NCBI GenBank assembly: GCA_030704615.1 | Contig: CM060732.1 | Coordinates: 12,152,001 to 12,216,000, forward strand | DNA: 64,000 nucleotides | Source of the DNA: Takakia lepidozioides | Taxonomy: Eukaryota > Plantae > Bryophyta | Direction of reading: 5' to 3' | Shown here: positions 40,400 through 52,392 of the stretch, one piece after another | Layout: each line of letters starts with the position of its first letter | Position numbering within the stretch: position 1 is the stretch's first letter | Translations under genes and position numbers: made by a program | The notes under the pieces: generated by a model | Told to the model about the DNA's origin: nothing | The model's database searches: none | Seen by the model: only the letters and a program-made list of their open reading frames with translations

Positions 40400-41690
40400 G
40401 ACACCTGATATAACACTAGTTTTGACAACATCACCATGGACCTCTTTGTCTTTTTCGAGGGCTGCTTGCATGGTTGTTCATGCATTATGAACACAAACGA
40501 ACATGATCTGGTCCTTCCTGCATCATTTGCTCTCTATGTCAAAGTCTTCATCCCGCACCCCTCCTATGCATATCCTGCATTCATCACGTTCCACAACACC
40601 ACATCTCGTTCAGCCATATTGTCAAAACACTGCATCTAGTTAAACCACCTTGCTGCACCCGCTCTTGAATTACATGTCCACCATGGTAGGGTTCAGAATG
40701 ACATCTGATACAATTACAGCTCTTACGATGTCACCATGGACTTCTTTGCCCTTTTCGAAAGGGTATCAGGAGAGAAATATATATCTCTCTCTCTCTCTCT
40801 CCCTTAAGCTCCCGACGCGATGAATTCGAGGTCAGATGGTGGGGTCAGCTATGACTAATACCAGATATGGGCCTAAGTTAATCGACTCTATATCTTGGAA
40901 GCGGGACCACCCTGTAGATTTCAAATAGTTTGGATTTTAATTTAATTTCCCGGTAGCTATATAAACTATTCTAAGTGTCAAATTGTTGTACAAGGAAAAA
41001 CAAGCTCATGTGAAATGTGATGGGACATACATCTTGTTGTTAGGTGCTGATACAATGCAGGGAGAACATTCTCCTACTAAGATGGATCCCACCTGCCAGC
41101 TGTCATCCTGTTCATCCGACGTGAGGATAGATGTTGCCGCACGTTCAGCCATCTCCACATTGCCATGGATTCTACAGGCACCAAGCAAGGCCTTCCACAC
41201 CACATCATTTTGATTGATGATATTTTATTAATCAGATCCACTACCTCATCCAGTTGTCCCGCACGTCCAAGAAGGTCCACCATGCAGCAATGATCTTGAC
41301 TAAGGGAATCGAAGTATCATGCACCCTCAATGCTCCCACATTTGGCATACACGTCCACAAGGGTATTGTTCATAATGATCACATCTGGTACAATTCCAGC
41401 TTTTGCGATGCAACCATGCACCTCTTTGCCCTTTTCCAGGGCTACCAGGCTTGCACGGACTGCGAACGCACACAAATATGATATGGTCGGGCTTCACCCC
41501 TTCCCCCATCATTTGCTCATAGGTCTCCAAAGCCTCCATCCCGTGCCCCTGCTATGCATACCCTGCAAGCATCGCACTCCACGACACCACATCTCATTTA
41601 GCCATAGTGTTGAACACTTCCTTTGCATTCTCAAAGCACCCACATTTGACATACATGTCCACCAGGGCAGCGTTCAGAATGACATCTGGT
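40400..41690 (-). pseudogene. Fragmented PLS-class (E-domain) PPR gene relic
   Basis: ALVDMYVKCG, DVVSW, EALETYEQMMGEGVKPD, MVDLLGRAGQLDE, VWKALLGACRIHGNVEMAERA. Multiple frameshifts and deletions. Confidence 0.85.
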
Positions 41691-41698
41691 AATCGGAC

Positions 41699-41888
41699 AG
41701 GCATTTACCTTTTTCCCTCGGTTGTCCCACCATTGACTGGGGTCAGAAAAGTATTCACTCCACAACTTCTCCTCGTCTCTGCTACCCGTTTCTGGATATT
41801 TTCATGTTGTCACATTGGCAGTATCATGTCAAAGTCACTCCAAACTAACTCAACCAGCTAATTTGCAGAATTCAACATGAAAATTTAG
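41699..41888. repeat. Copy of the PPR-associated repeat, cut off by the transposon TIR
   Basis: gttgtcccaccattgactggggtc...caacatgaaaatttag recurs at about 57855, 58415 and 58990. Those copies continue past tttag; this one stops at 41888. Confidence 0.85.
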
Positions 41889-42481
41889 CAACGACGCAAT
41901 GGCGTGAGCGTTGCACGTGAGCGCGCGAGCGTACGCTCACGCAGGAGTGACGTGGCGTGAGCGTCATGTCAGCATGCTGATGTGGCGGTAAATGATGATG
42001 TGGCAGTGTCCGTCATCTGCCACGTCAGCATTAACATGCGCCGCCTATAACCGTGGATGGTCCTATGACCGTGGAATTAATGCAGGGAATCTTGCCTAAA
42101 TAGAATCAAGACGAGCGTTGAGGCCTACAATTGCAGCATCCAACATTGTGCAATTACAAATGCTTGTTTCACTTTTACAATTACAAGGACGAAAAAATAT
42201 CCTCACAAAGTGTGCGCCATAAAGGCTGCCACGGGAAGACCTTCCTCCCTCCTCAAATAACAATGAGAGTTAGGATCATCTTCAAAAGATGATTGTAGTG
42301 CATAGCGACAGCAAGACATGTAGACTTCGAACGGTGCAATGACAAATGTGCACTACCTAAAAGTTGTCACTCAGAGCTCACTCCGTATAGTTGGAGGCCA
42401 TATCATTGCACAGCCGACGAATTGATGTGAATTACACATTTCAAATCATGGTCATCCACATACCACATTATATAGTTCATG

Positions 42482-45400
42482 CTACCCATGTGTTGTATCC
42501 CGCTGCAAAAGAGTATCGACCTCGTTGAAACTCATAGTGGCCTGGTGAATGAAGTTGTCACGTTTGGGATCGCAAACCATATGAAATACAAATGTTTGCA
42601 GGGTATGAATTTACCTCTCTTGCCCAAACTGGTTGATAGCATATTCACAAAATCAGGACATGTGCAATTGGGGAAATTGGAAACCGTGATGTCGTAGGTC
42701 CTGTCATGAACAGCAGATGTGGAAGTGATGATTGTGAATACCCGACCATATCCTGGATCGGGTACTTCCGTGGTGCTTCCAACACGAGCTTGGAGCATTC
42801 TTGCGGACTCTACTTTGCCAAAGTGTTCAGCGGTTGGAGGGAAACGCCGAACGAGCTTTCCATCTCGTTTGGTTGGCCACAAGTCAGGATTTGTTGGGGG
42901 GACCCGGGAGGACGCAGAAGTAGTAGCACATGCATGGAGTTGGGGTTGTCTCGCAAGGGAAAAACCTGCCTCCTCCAGCATTTCAATCTCCTGAAAGCTG
43001 AGATGTGTTCCCACCTTCACGGGCCAAACGGTTGGAGGAGATGGCTTCATCACTACGGAAGGACGCACAGTTCCATGCACACATCTGGCACAATCATCTG
43101 CGCAGAACCAGAACTTGTGGTTCTTGGCTTCTGGTTGACCGTATGGACACATCAAGCCCGTGAAAGTCGGAGCAGGAGTTCGGGCACCACCTCTGGATAT
43201 AGATGAAGTGCACTTCTCGAAATTAGTTGCCCTGATCGTTGTACATTTCACACGAGACCCTACACTTGTGCGTTCTATGTGCCAAACGTGGTCGGGGCAT
43301 GCGGACTCAAGCACATCAAGGGGGTTGTTTCTCTCCTGCACCATTTCAGTGGCATTGTTTGATGTTGGAGCTTGCCGTCGTGTTGGAGGTTCCGGACATG
43401 GAGCTGTCATGCAGGGGAACACGAGGCTTCGAGAAGTTATCACGGTCTGCCCTGTGGGAATCTGAATCCGAACCAGGTGGAGTGTTCAATTTCCTCTTAC
43501 AGGAGCCGAATCTCTCCTCCCCTTCAAGATGTGGAACTCTAGAAACAAGTGGCGTTCCCTGGGCATACATGCTCACCGCCCGTGCTATCTTGATTGGATC
43601 CCCAGATCTGTTTGCAGCACGCAACATCAACTCCCATTTGTCCGGACCCTTGCCACCAACCCCACCTCGTAAGAAATCACGGTATCGGGTTTGTTGTTGC
43701 AAGGCACGTATCAAATCATCTGTTGTTGCCACATACAAATCCCGACCTCGTTTCCCAGACTGCTGCAACCATGCGTTGTGCACAGTTTCTGCCAAATTGC
43801 AAGATGACATGTCCGCCATTTCCTCAATGGACATGTTCTGCAAAGAGGATAACCACACTTCAGAACAATGCACAGGAAACAACATAAAGAAAGCAATGAG
43901 TCAAAAATATGGAAAGCAAATGTATGAATAAAGCATGAAATAGAAGCCTCGTACCATTGTCATGGCTGCTCCCCACTGTCTATACCGGAAGTGCCAAAAC
44001 GCCAGCCAATCTTCCAATGCTCTCATACTCTCAAGTGATGCAGCTCCAGAAGAGAACCACCAGGCACCAATTGTCTGGAACAAAGAATCCGCCTCCTTCA
44101 TTGTTCTAGCATCTTTGTACTCTTTGCACAATTTACGGTGCTGAGTCTGCATCTCTGGTTTGATGTCCGACTTTGTATGTTTTTCCAGAGATTGTGTCCA
44201 TGGAATAGACATGTACGCTCTCTTCCTCGCATTGGCACTTTTGGGTCGCCCGATCCGAAGACAATACGAACAGCATTGAAATTTGCTTGAGCACTATCCG
44301 CCATGAAACCTGCGAAATTTGGAGATAGCAGCCCATGGCAGCCCATGACACGTATCAGGGAATTCCACATGAGCTTCTAGGATTCAGTATCCTCGGATTG
44401 CATGTCACAAACTGCAATTGTCATAACTCGTTGGTACACTGGATCGTAGACATGACAAGCCATTGTCGTCCAATCCTTCACTCGTTTCACATGATCAAAC
44501 ATAAGAAAACAGTTCTGCAAGTCCCCAGTCTTCTGCATCCGCTTCACGAGGCTAACCCCACTGCCCTCCCCAACAGTCGACATTTTGAAAAGAATAACTT
44601 TGATGGCACCTTGACCTGGGAATACATTGTCCTGGATGTAATCGTACTTGCTCACTCGTTTCAATTCCAAAATATTGTCTATGTAGCCTCTGATCCCAGA
44701 ACCCATTCTCAATGCATTGATCTGATGCCGAATGTTAGGTGAACTTAAAGTGGAGAAATGATCCATGACTAGGTCCAATGCTGCACCGTCAAGTTTAATC
44801 CCCACAGAATCCCCTTCACTCAAAATATGGCTTTCCAAGAAGGACTTGCTTGCGCCAAGAGCAATTGCAGATGTTGTTGCGGATGGGTTTCTCCCGAACT
44901 CCTATTTAATCAACCTCGATACTGTCTCAACACTCTCCCTATAATCTCCCTTCGAGACAGGATGGTTATGGAATCCGAAATGCACACAAGCTCTTGTCAT
45001 TGTTTTCAAACGGTGGACAACATAGTACATTCTTGCTCTGCAGAGCGCCAAGCAGGATGGCACAAGTTTGCAGAATTTGCAGACGAAAGTGTTTGCCGGT
45101 GGAGGGGCAGTCCCAGGCTGAAATGGATTTTCCGCCAGACCCTCCCATTCGCTTTGATTATGAACCCCAGACTGAAGAAAGTGTCTGCAATTCAAATTAT
45201 CACACCTAAGGTATCCATTGCAAACTGTCCTCCTGAAAACAAGCTTGTCATCATTCTGAATATTAGATGTTTTTGTTCTGCACCACGGGTGCCCGTCGTG
45301 TTTCTTGTCCATTCCATGCATCATGATTGTTACACCTCCAACTCGCGGAGGAGGAGGCAGCTCGAATAGGATATCGCCATCAAAAGTCTCCGGCAAGAAC

Positions 45401-45964
45401 TTCACATGCACCTGCTTCAAAGATTCCCAATCAATTCCCCGCAACTCACTTTTGAATCCAGCCATTCCTCCCATCGCCCGCAATTTTGGAATGACACTAC
45501 AAATCACTTCTTCATCAACTTCTCCAACCACAGTAGGAAGGACTGGATTTGGAATTTCACTTATGTCATCATTGGAAGAATCCGAAAGCTCAACAATTGG
45601 AGTGGAGGACGTCTGTTCTTTTTTCACCACCACCTCCCTCTTGTCTTCAACGACCGAAGCAGCAGTCCCGGCGTCACATATGACCCAAGGGACTTTCGCC
45701 GAGGCTCTCCAAGTACTCTGTATCGACCAGGACGCACTCTCCACTGGCTGATATGAGCCGTCTCATCACGGTTTTGGAAAGAGTATTTCAACAACTTCCC
45801 TTTAAGATCGTACACCTCTTTCTCCAGAAAGATGGAGCCATTCTGCAGCTGAAAACGGGTAGCCAAGACATGTTCCAGAACAATTGCAAATCCATTGTCA
45901 AGGACTTCCTGGGAGAACGGCACTGGTTTGTCGTCAGAGAAAATTCCGCTTCAGAGGAAGCCAT
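42482..45964 (-). pseudogene. GCM-like Zn domain + DDE (MULE-type) + SWIM transposase, copy 1; intron 43838-43954
   Basis: DGHPWCRTKTSN..RRTVCNGYLRCDNLNC..CKFCK..C..HFGFHNHP (GCM-like); LMFDHVKR (D1); FMADSAQA (D2); CLFH (CxxH); CNLAETVHNAW (E); CTCPDF...CKH (SWIM). Several frameshifts. Confidence 0.82.
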
Positions 45965-46817
45965 CTTCCTTCCTCGCGTACGTTTATACCTTGCTATCGC
46001 AGATCTAGTGTAAATCGGTTTACTGATGTCTCCATAACACAGTTGAAGAATGAGCAGAGAATATGGCGGAGGAAGCTCAGACAACGACTGTGCATATTAT
46101 GTTATTCTTTCCAGATATGCAGCCGTCCATTTTAATTACTTTTCTTGTGGGCCCGGTGGTCAGAGTATCCCTAGGAGCAGTGTCGGCAGCTGTTAAACCG
46201 TTAATCAGAACCTCATCAATAAACCCAATAACAAAGCCGACTTCCTGGAAGCATGCCACAGGATCTGAGGATGGGATTGCAGATTAAATAAATGTATCTT
46301 TATACTACCAATGATCATGCGCACCTGGAAAGTTCCAAATGTGAAACGAATGTGGGGTTTGGCTAACAAGGATGACCGTGTATGATATTCCAAAATTTGT
46401 CATCAAACTCTCGTTCATTTACATTTATTTGTGTAAGACTCTGCGCCAAGATTTCTGGGATTCGCTGTTATTTTTAAATATTGAAACCGTTCTAATAAAG
46501 AACACGCCGTTTATTTTTGGCGACAAACGTCAGACATCCATAACTGAATACGAACAGCTGTACACCAATTGCTGGCATGTGCACTAATAAGGGAACGACT
46601 ATGTGTAACGGTCACGCGAGAGGGAATCCGATGCTTCTAGAGACAAGCAAGAACGCAGGCAATCTCGCAAGAAATCGGAAGTCACTGCGTTTTTCTACTT
46701 TTCGCGCTTAGAGAGAGAGTGGTAGTCAAGCTGGAGAGGGTTCCTTCTACAATACGAAAGAGAAGAAAGTCTCTTTATTTTACTTCCCTTAGAGAGAGAC
46801 GCAGAGCAAGAGAGCAA

Positions 46818-49800
46818 ATGACGAGGCGTCGTTTGTTGGAGAACACAGGGCCAAGGCAGCAGGTGAACGCGGAGACTGATTCACAAGAGCAGACCGAGAC
46901 TGAGGCAGCGGCTGTGACACAGTCGGCGATAAGAGTGCGCCAGCCTGTGGATGCAGAGATGATTCGCAGGGACACTGAAGGAGGTGGAAGCACTCGGAAC
47001 GCCGAACCGGGAGAAGGTCAAGAAACCCTAGAGCAGACAGAAATTCCAGCAGATGTGAGAGGGAAGAGGAAAGCTGCAGAAGGGGATCCAATTTCAAAAC
47101 CTAATAAGGCGCCAGTAAGTTTTCTCTAATTTACATTTGATTGTTGAAGATATGCGTAGAGAGTGAGTGGAATGTCCCAGATAGGGATTGTCGCTAACGA
47201 CCATCACAAAGGTGATTTGCTTTCTACTCCTCTGCTAAGGGTTTACCGCACAATGATTAGGTGACTATCGGTACCGTCATTCACTGTTGTTCAGATCATA
47301 CAGTCTGTCTGAGTGCCTTTCAAGGAGTCCTTCCTCTTCCCTTCTTTAGCAGGAACTACTGAATTGCAAGGGTCGTTAACGCCATTCGATTCTCCTCATG
47401 AGATTTATGTACCTATGTGTTTGAAGAGAGACTGAGGGTCGGCATACCATCAATCATTGTTGTTCAGATCATACAGTCTGTCTGATTGCCTTTCAAGCAG
47501 TCCTTCCTCTTCCCATGCTGGCGACGGTAATCACAATGGAGTCAATCTGAATAATCTGCACTTACTGTCCGCCCTAAACTATACTGAATGTCGTTGCCGC
47601 GTTGCCGCCAATCACTTACACATAGATGTCATTACACAACACCGATCCGGCAGGTCCTTATCTTTTGTGATTGTCGTTAACGCCGTTCGCTATCGCTCTC
47701 GCTTTTGTTTTGAATACGGCAGGATCAGCTTTGCTTGTGTAGATTGTGCTGAATTGTTTCACACCATTCATAGTGAGTTTCTTTGAGACAGAGGGATGGT
47801 CATTACCGCCGTTCACTATTTGCAAATTACTCAGTCAGAATTGAATGGCATCGTGCAGAAAACTGTGAGGTCGAAGCCTACAGGATCAGAGGGGAAAGGA
47901 TCTGGAGATGGGGACGAGTCCGGAAAAAGCTCAGAGAATACGGATGAAGCAAATGAATCTGAAGTGCACTACCTTGACAAGGTGAAAGAACTCATGTCAT
48001 TCCAGAAAGTAAACTCTTAGGAGGTTATAAGGGACATGCTCGTATCTGGAGGGCGTCTGGACATCCCTCTGTGCCGGATGATATCTATGCCTATTGTGCG
48101 TCCACCTCTTTCCCATGACATAACAAAATTGGAGAGTGATTTTGTGCATGGATATAGACTTGGTGCACAAGTTTTTTATGTGTCACTGACGGATATAAAT
48201 GGGAAAAGCACATAGTGTCTCCAGAGATCAGTGATAACTGGGATGAGTGCTGGAAAGATGCCAATGAGGAGATCGAGCTGGGCCTCATGATGGGAAAGAA
48301 CACCCATCAATTCTGCAACCACATGTTCTACATCTGGGACGGCAACCACCGATTGCTGGCATGGATGGGATACATTCAGAAACACCATGCGAAAGACAAA
48401 GACAAGCATGTTGATGTGGAGGCAATGGTTTTGGATCCTGGAAACGACATCACTAGGCTTCTTACAGCTATGCACGACGTGAACAAGTAAGTCATCCAGG
48501 AGATTTCATTCCCTCTGTAGTGTCTTATTAATCCTCAAAAAACAGTGTTAAGGAATGCAATGTTTCCAATGTTTTTGCAGATCGACAGAGAAATCGCATG
48601 TGACAACAAGCTTGGTCACACACTTTTCCGAATTCAGAGGATTGGTCTGATGAAGCTGGATGATTTTCGGACAGTACTACCACCCAATATCATCAAGAAG
48701 TACAAAACAGGAAGAGCTGCAGGCACTTGGTATTCTTTGACACGAGAGGCGTTTCTGGAGTACATGTATGCGGTAAGCCCGAGTCTGTACTGTGTTTACT
48801 TTTCGAATACATGTTTGTAGTCCCTTCGGAGCTAATCACTACTTGAATCAATGCAGCAAGAACTGGCAGAGGCAGCTGAGAAGGGAAAATCCGAATATTA
48901 CCGCACTACACCAGAGGAACTAAAGACATCAAAGGGTGTGGAAGCTGCAATAAAGAAAGAGTTTGAAATGCGAAGAACCAAATTGATGCTCCTTCGGAAA
49001 GCAGCTTAGAATAGTAGATCTTGGACTTGGTCCTGAGTTCCTTCAGCAGATCAAAACACACTATGACAAGCATGTGCATCCGGAGATGCAGCAGGAGAAA
49101 TTGCACCGGCTGGCCATATCGATGGTCGACCCACAAACAAAAATAAGGTGGCTGGAGATATGGAACTCAAATCAAACAGTAAAGGACTTGAATCAGTTCC
49201 CAAAGAGCACCATACAGCCTGGCACAAAGGTGGAAGGAATCAGTGATTTGGTGTTTGATAACTGGCTCCACAGGCTACATTTTGGAGTCAGGTGTGTATT
49301 CAAACATGTCGTTTTCTTCTCTTCAAGTATGTGATGAGTATCTTATTTGCAATTCTGACAAAATATACAATTTGCAGCTCGAAAAGCGCGTCGTCATTGT
49401 GCTGGATCAGACTTTGAAGGACCTGAACATTTCGATTGTTTCCCCTCCCCAAATGTCATTGGAGGATACATAAGGAAGTGGAGAGGTCTCACCTGGAGAT
49501 ACTGTTTTTCCGGGAGTTCTCCAAAGATGGTAACATTTTACGGTCCAACGACTTTGACAGTCAGGTTGGAGGAGAGTGGGCTCATGATGCGAGTTGTGTA
49601 CAGGTGCAATGTCATACTTGAAACTCTACTGCTTTTTTTGGGAAAAATGTGGCTTCATAAGGATTGCATTCATAGATCCAGATTGAATGTCGTTGATGAC
49701 ATTCACTTCTTTGTCTGAGTCATTCTTAAGCGAGTATATGAATTCACTGGTTAGGATCTAAGGGTGTAATTCTAGTGTCCTGATTAGAATTGATAATGTC

Positions 49801-52392
49801 CTTGAATGGCGTTGACGACATTCACATCCGGAGTTTTTGAGAGGTCCTCAGAGTTATGTAAATTTTGTAATGTCCATAGAGGTTACAGTGAGGGTTCCTC
49901 ACTTCATTTTGCTGAATGTCAATGCAGACATTCAGTTGTTTGCATTGTTTTTGCCTCTTGCGAGGAATCTGGAGGCTTGATAAGCTCTGTTATGAGAAAT
50001 CCAAAGTGAATGTCGTTGACGACATTCACTTCTGTGTCTGTATTATTCACCAGCGACAATTCAAATTTACATGGATTGGGAGCTAAGTAATTGGTTCCTT
50101 GTTGGTATTTTTTTGAATGGCGTGACGCATTCACATACAGTGTGTTGTGAGGTCCTCAGTGATATATTCGTTATGAATGTGCATTGAGTTTTCCTGGAGG
50201 GTTCCTTACTCGAGTTTATGATTTCCATCCTGTGATTTTGCTTCATTTAAGGAATAATTAGGCTTGATTAGTGAATGTCGTTGACGACATTCACTTCTAT
50301 GTCTGTGTCATTCAAAAACGATAGTTTGCATTCACCTGGATTAGGGTGTATTTACAGTATCATTGAATGGAATGTTTTGAATGGCGTTGACGACATTCAC
50401 ATCTGGAGCATTCGTGTGGTCCTGAAAGGTCCTTGGAGCAGTTCTCAGAGCCATTTCAATTTATGTTTTTTTCATTCTGTTCTACTTGCATCTTACTCAC
50501 TGAGCGCTTTTGTGGGTTGGGATTTATCTCATTTTTTCAGGTACACGAAATATGTGCTTATGGAAGGAAGCGGAATTCCAGACTATCTTGACATGTGGTC
50601 GGACCCTGCAAACGATCCAACCATGTATACTGCAGGGATATTGAAGGACTGGAGTCCTTCTCACTTCAGAGACTGTGGCTGGTACCTTGACTGCCCACCG
50701 GAGCACACGACCTTTCAAGAACAGCATATGAATACTTGAACAATAACGCTGAGATGCTGGCGCCTTTGACTGACGAAGAGTACCAACGAAACATAGCAAC
50801 ATTGGCTGCCAAGGAGCCTGATGCTCAGGGAACGCCGCAGAAGGGAAAGAAGGCGGGCCGCAAACCAAAAGACAAGGCTGTTGATGTCATAGCCATCTCA
50901 CCAGCAAGCCAAAGGACAAAGACAAGTCCAAAGAGAAGGAAAAGGACAAGGGGAAGGAGAAAGGAAAGGAGATGGAGAGTGGGCAGGACTTTACTGCTGG
51001 AAGATATACCCGCACTGTTCAGTGCGTGTTCGATGCCAAGCCACACCCTTCCGTTCTGATTCGGGCAGGAGAGATGAAAATTGTGAGGGTTGGCTGTCGA
51101 TGATGCAGAGTCAAGAGAGGATACACTGGGGTGCCATCCCCTACCTGGGACAATATAATCTCATTCCTCAATCTGGTGAGAATTCCAGTTTTCTTTCTTT
51201 TTTCTCTGAAAGTTTCGTTGGCAGTATTTCATCTCGTTCTTTGAAAACATTCTTGCCATCGTTCTTATAAAAACATGTCTGTTGCAGGTGAGCACAGGTC
51301 CCACCTTCGTGTGCGGTGTGCAGAAAACTTATGCGGCCGACATTGTCATTCTCGACATCCCGGATGGCCAGGCTGTGCCAGAAGTTCTTCCAAAGGGCAA
51401 GACGCCAGGCTGAACAAATTCGAGGACAACTACTAGAGTTGGGTTTCGGTTCTGTAACAACTTCCTCTCTGATGCAGGGACACCTTTCTGCTTTTCAGTC
51501 ATATGACAATGATAGTCGTCAGGCATTGGCATCATACCTCAAGTCTTCAGGGTTTGAAGTTTTGCGCACATAGAATTGTGTGAACAGCCTCTATCTTGTG
51601 AAAGGGGGTTTCCCTGGTCAGCTGGTATGCCGTCTCCCTTCTGCTTGTGCTTTCATGATGAGTTTCAATGTTCTCTGCAGCTCCACTCTAGTAGAATGTG
51701 TTATGATCGACACCGATCATCACCGATTCATGATTTTTTGTGTCTGAGTTCTGAATAGCCGATGTACACACTTCCACTATTGATTGTGTTTACCACACTA
51801 ACCTGCTATCTTTGGCAGACGAGGATGTTCGAGGCGATCTGCCTGCGGAGGATTCGCACCTCAAAGACACCATCCTCCATCCGCAGCTTTGAGATTTCTG
51901 ATCAGGGTTGTTTCGTCAACCCCTCCTATGAGCCCCATGTCGATGACATTTTGTACAACTTCATGCAGTCCAGTCAGACTCTGAAGAGACCAGATGGCAC
52001 TCCCTGGAGAGGTGCAAAGGAAAAGTCCCCAGCGTTCATGCAAATACAGCTGGAGTCATGTAGCCACCGCTCTGCACGGGTGGTCGATCTTTCTGTGTCC
52101 ACAGGTTCGTTCTTTCCCTTCCGAATTGGTTTTCTTTCAACAGTTTCATCTGCTTAAATCCCCCCACCAAACTGTTCATGTCCTCCTGTCTGGTGCAGGA
52201 GCAACTTACCATGCATGCAAGGCAGGCGGAAGAAGCCTTTTTGGCATGGAGGGTGATTCTGACCTCTACAACACAGTGCTCCTCCCCCTTTTGTCTGGCT
52301 CCACTTCAAGCACACAGACTGATTGGATTCAAATTCAAAATGATGACGATCCCGAAGATAAGCAGATCGACAACGACTTTTCATGTCAGTAA
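46818..52392 (+). pseudogene. Multi-exon ParB/Srx-like domain + beta-class amino-(N4C/N6A) DNA methyltransferase-like gene, disrupted
   Basis: ParB-like IPLCRMISMPIVRP...KLESDF..GY...FYIWDGNHRLLAW (DGNHR at 48338-48352). Motif IV-like ADIVILDIPDG (51336-51368). After in-phase splicing of intron 52105-52198: EKSPAFMQIQLESCSHRSARVVDLSVSTGATYHACKAGGRSLFGMEGDSDLY. Stop at 48018 and several frameshifts. Confidence 0.75.
49684..50400. repeat. Intronic array of six ~22-28 bp palindromes in three ~270-320 bp dimer units
   Basis: tgaatg(t/g)cgttgacgacattca at 49684, 49803, 50007, 50114, 50272 and 50378. The copy at 50004-50031 has perfect 13 bp arms. Confidence 0.9.

Noticed and set aside
49684-50400. 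CRISPR-like array of palindromic repeats
   Set aside because: Spacers are 85-180 bp, unequal and homologous to each other; there are no cas genes; the context is a eukaryotic intron.
46818-52392. Bacterial or phage contamination as the source of the ParB-MTase
   Set aside because: The gene has several GT-AG introns, one splitting motif I in phase, and is embedded among plant TEs.
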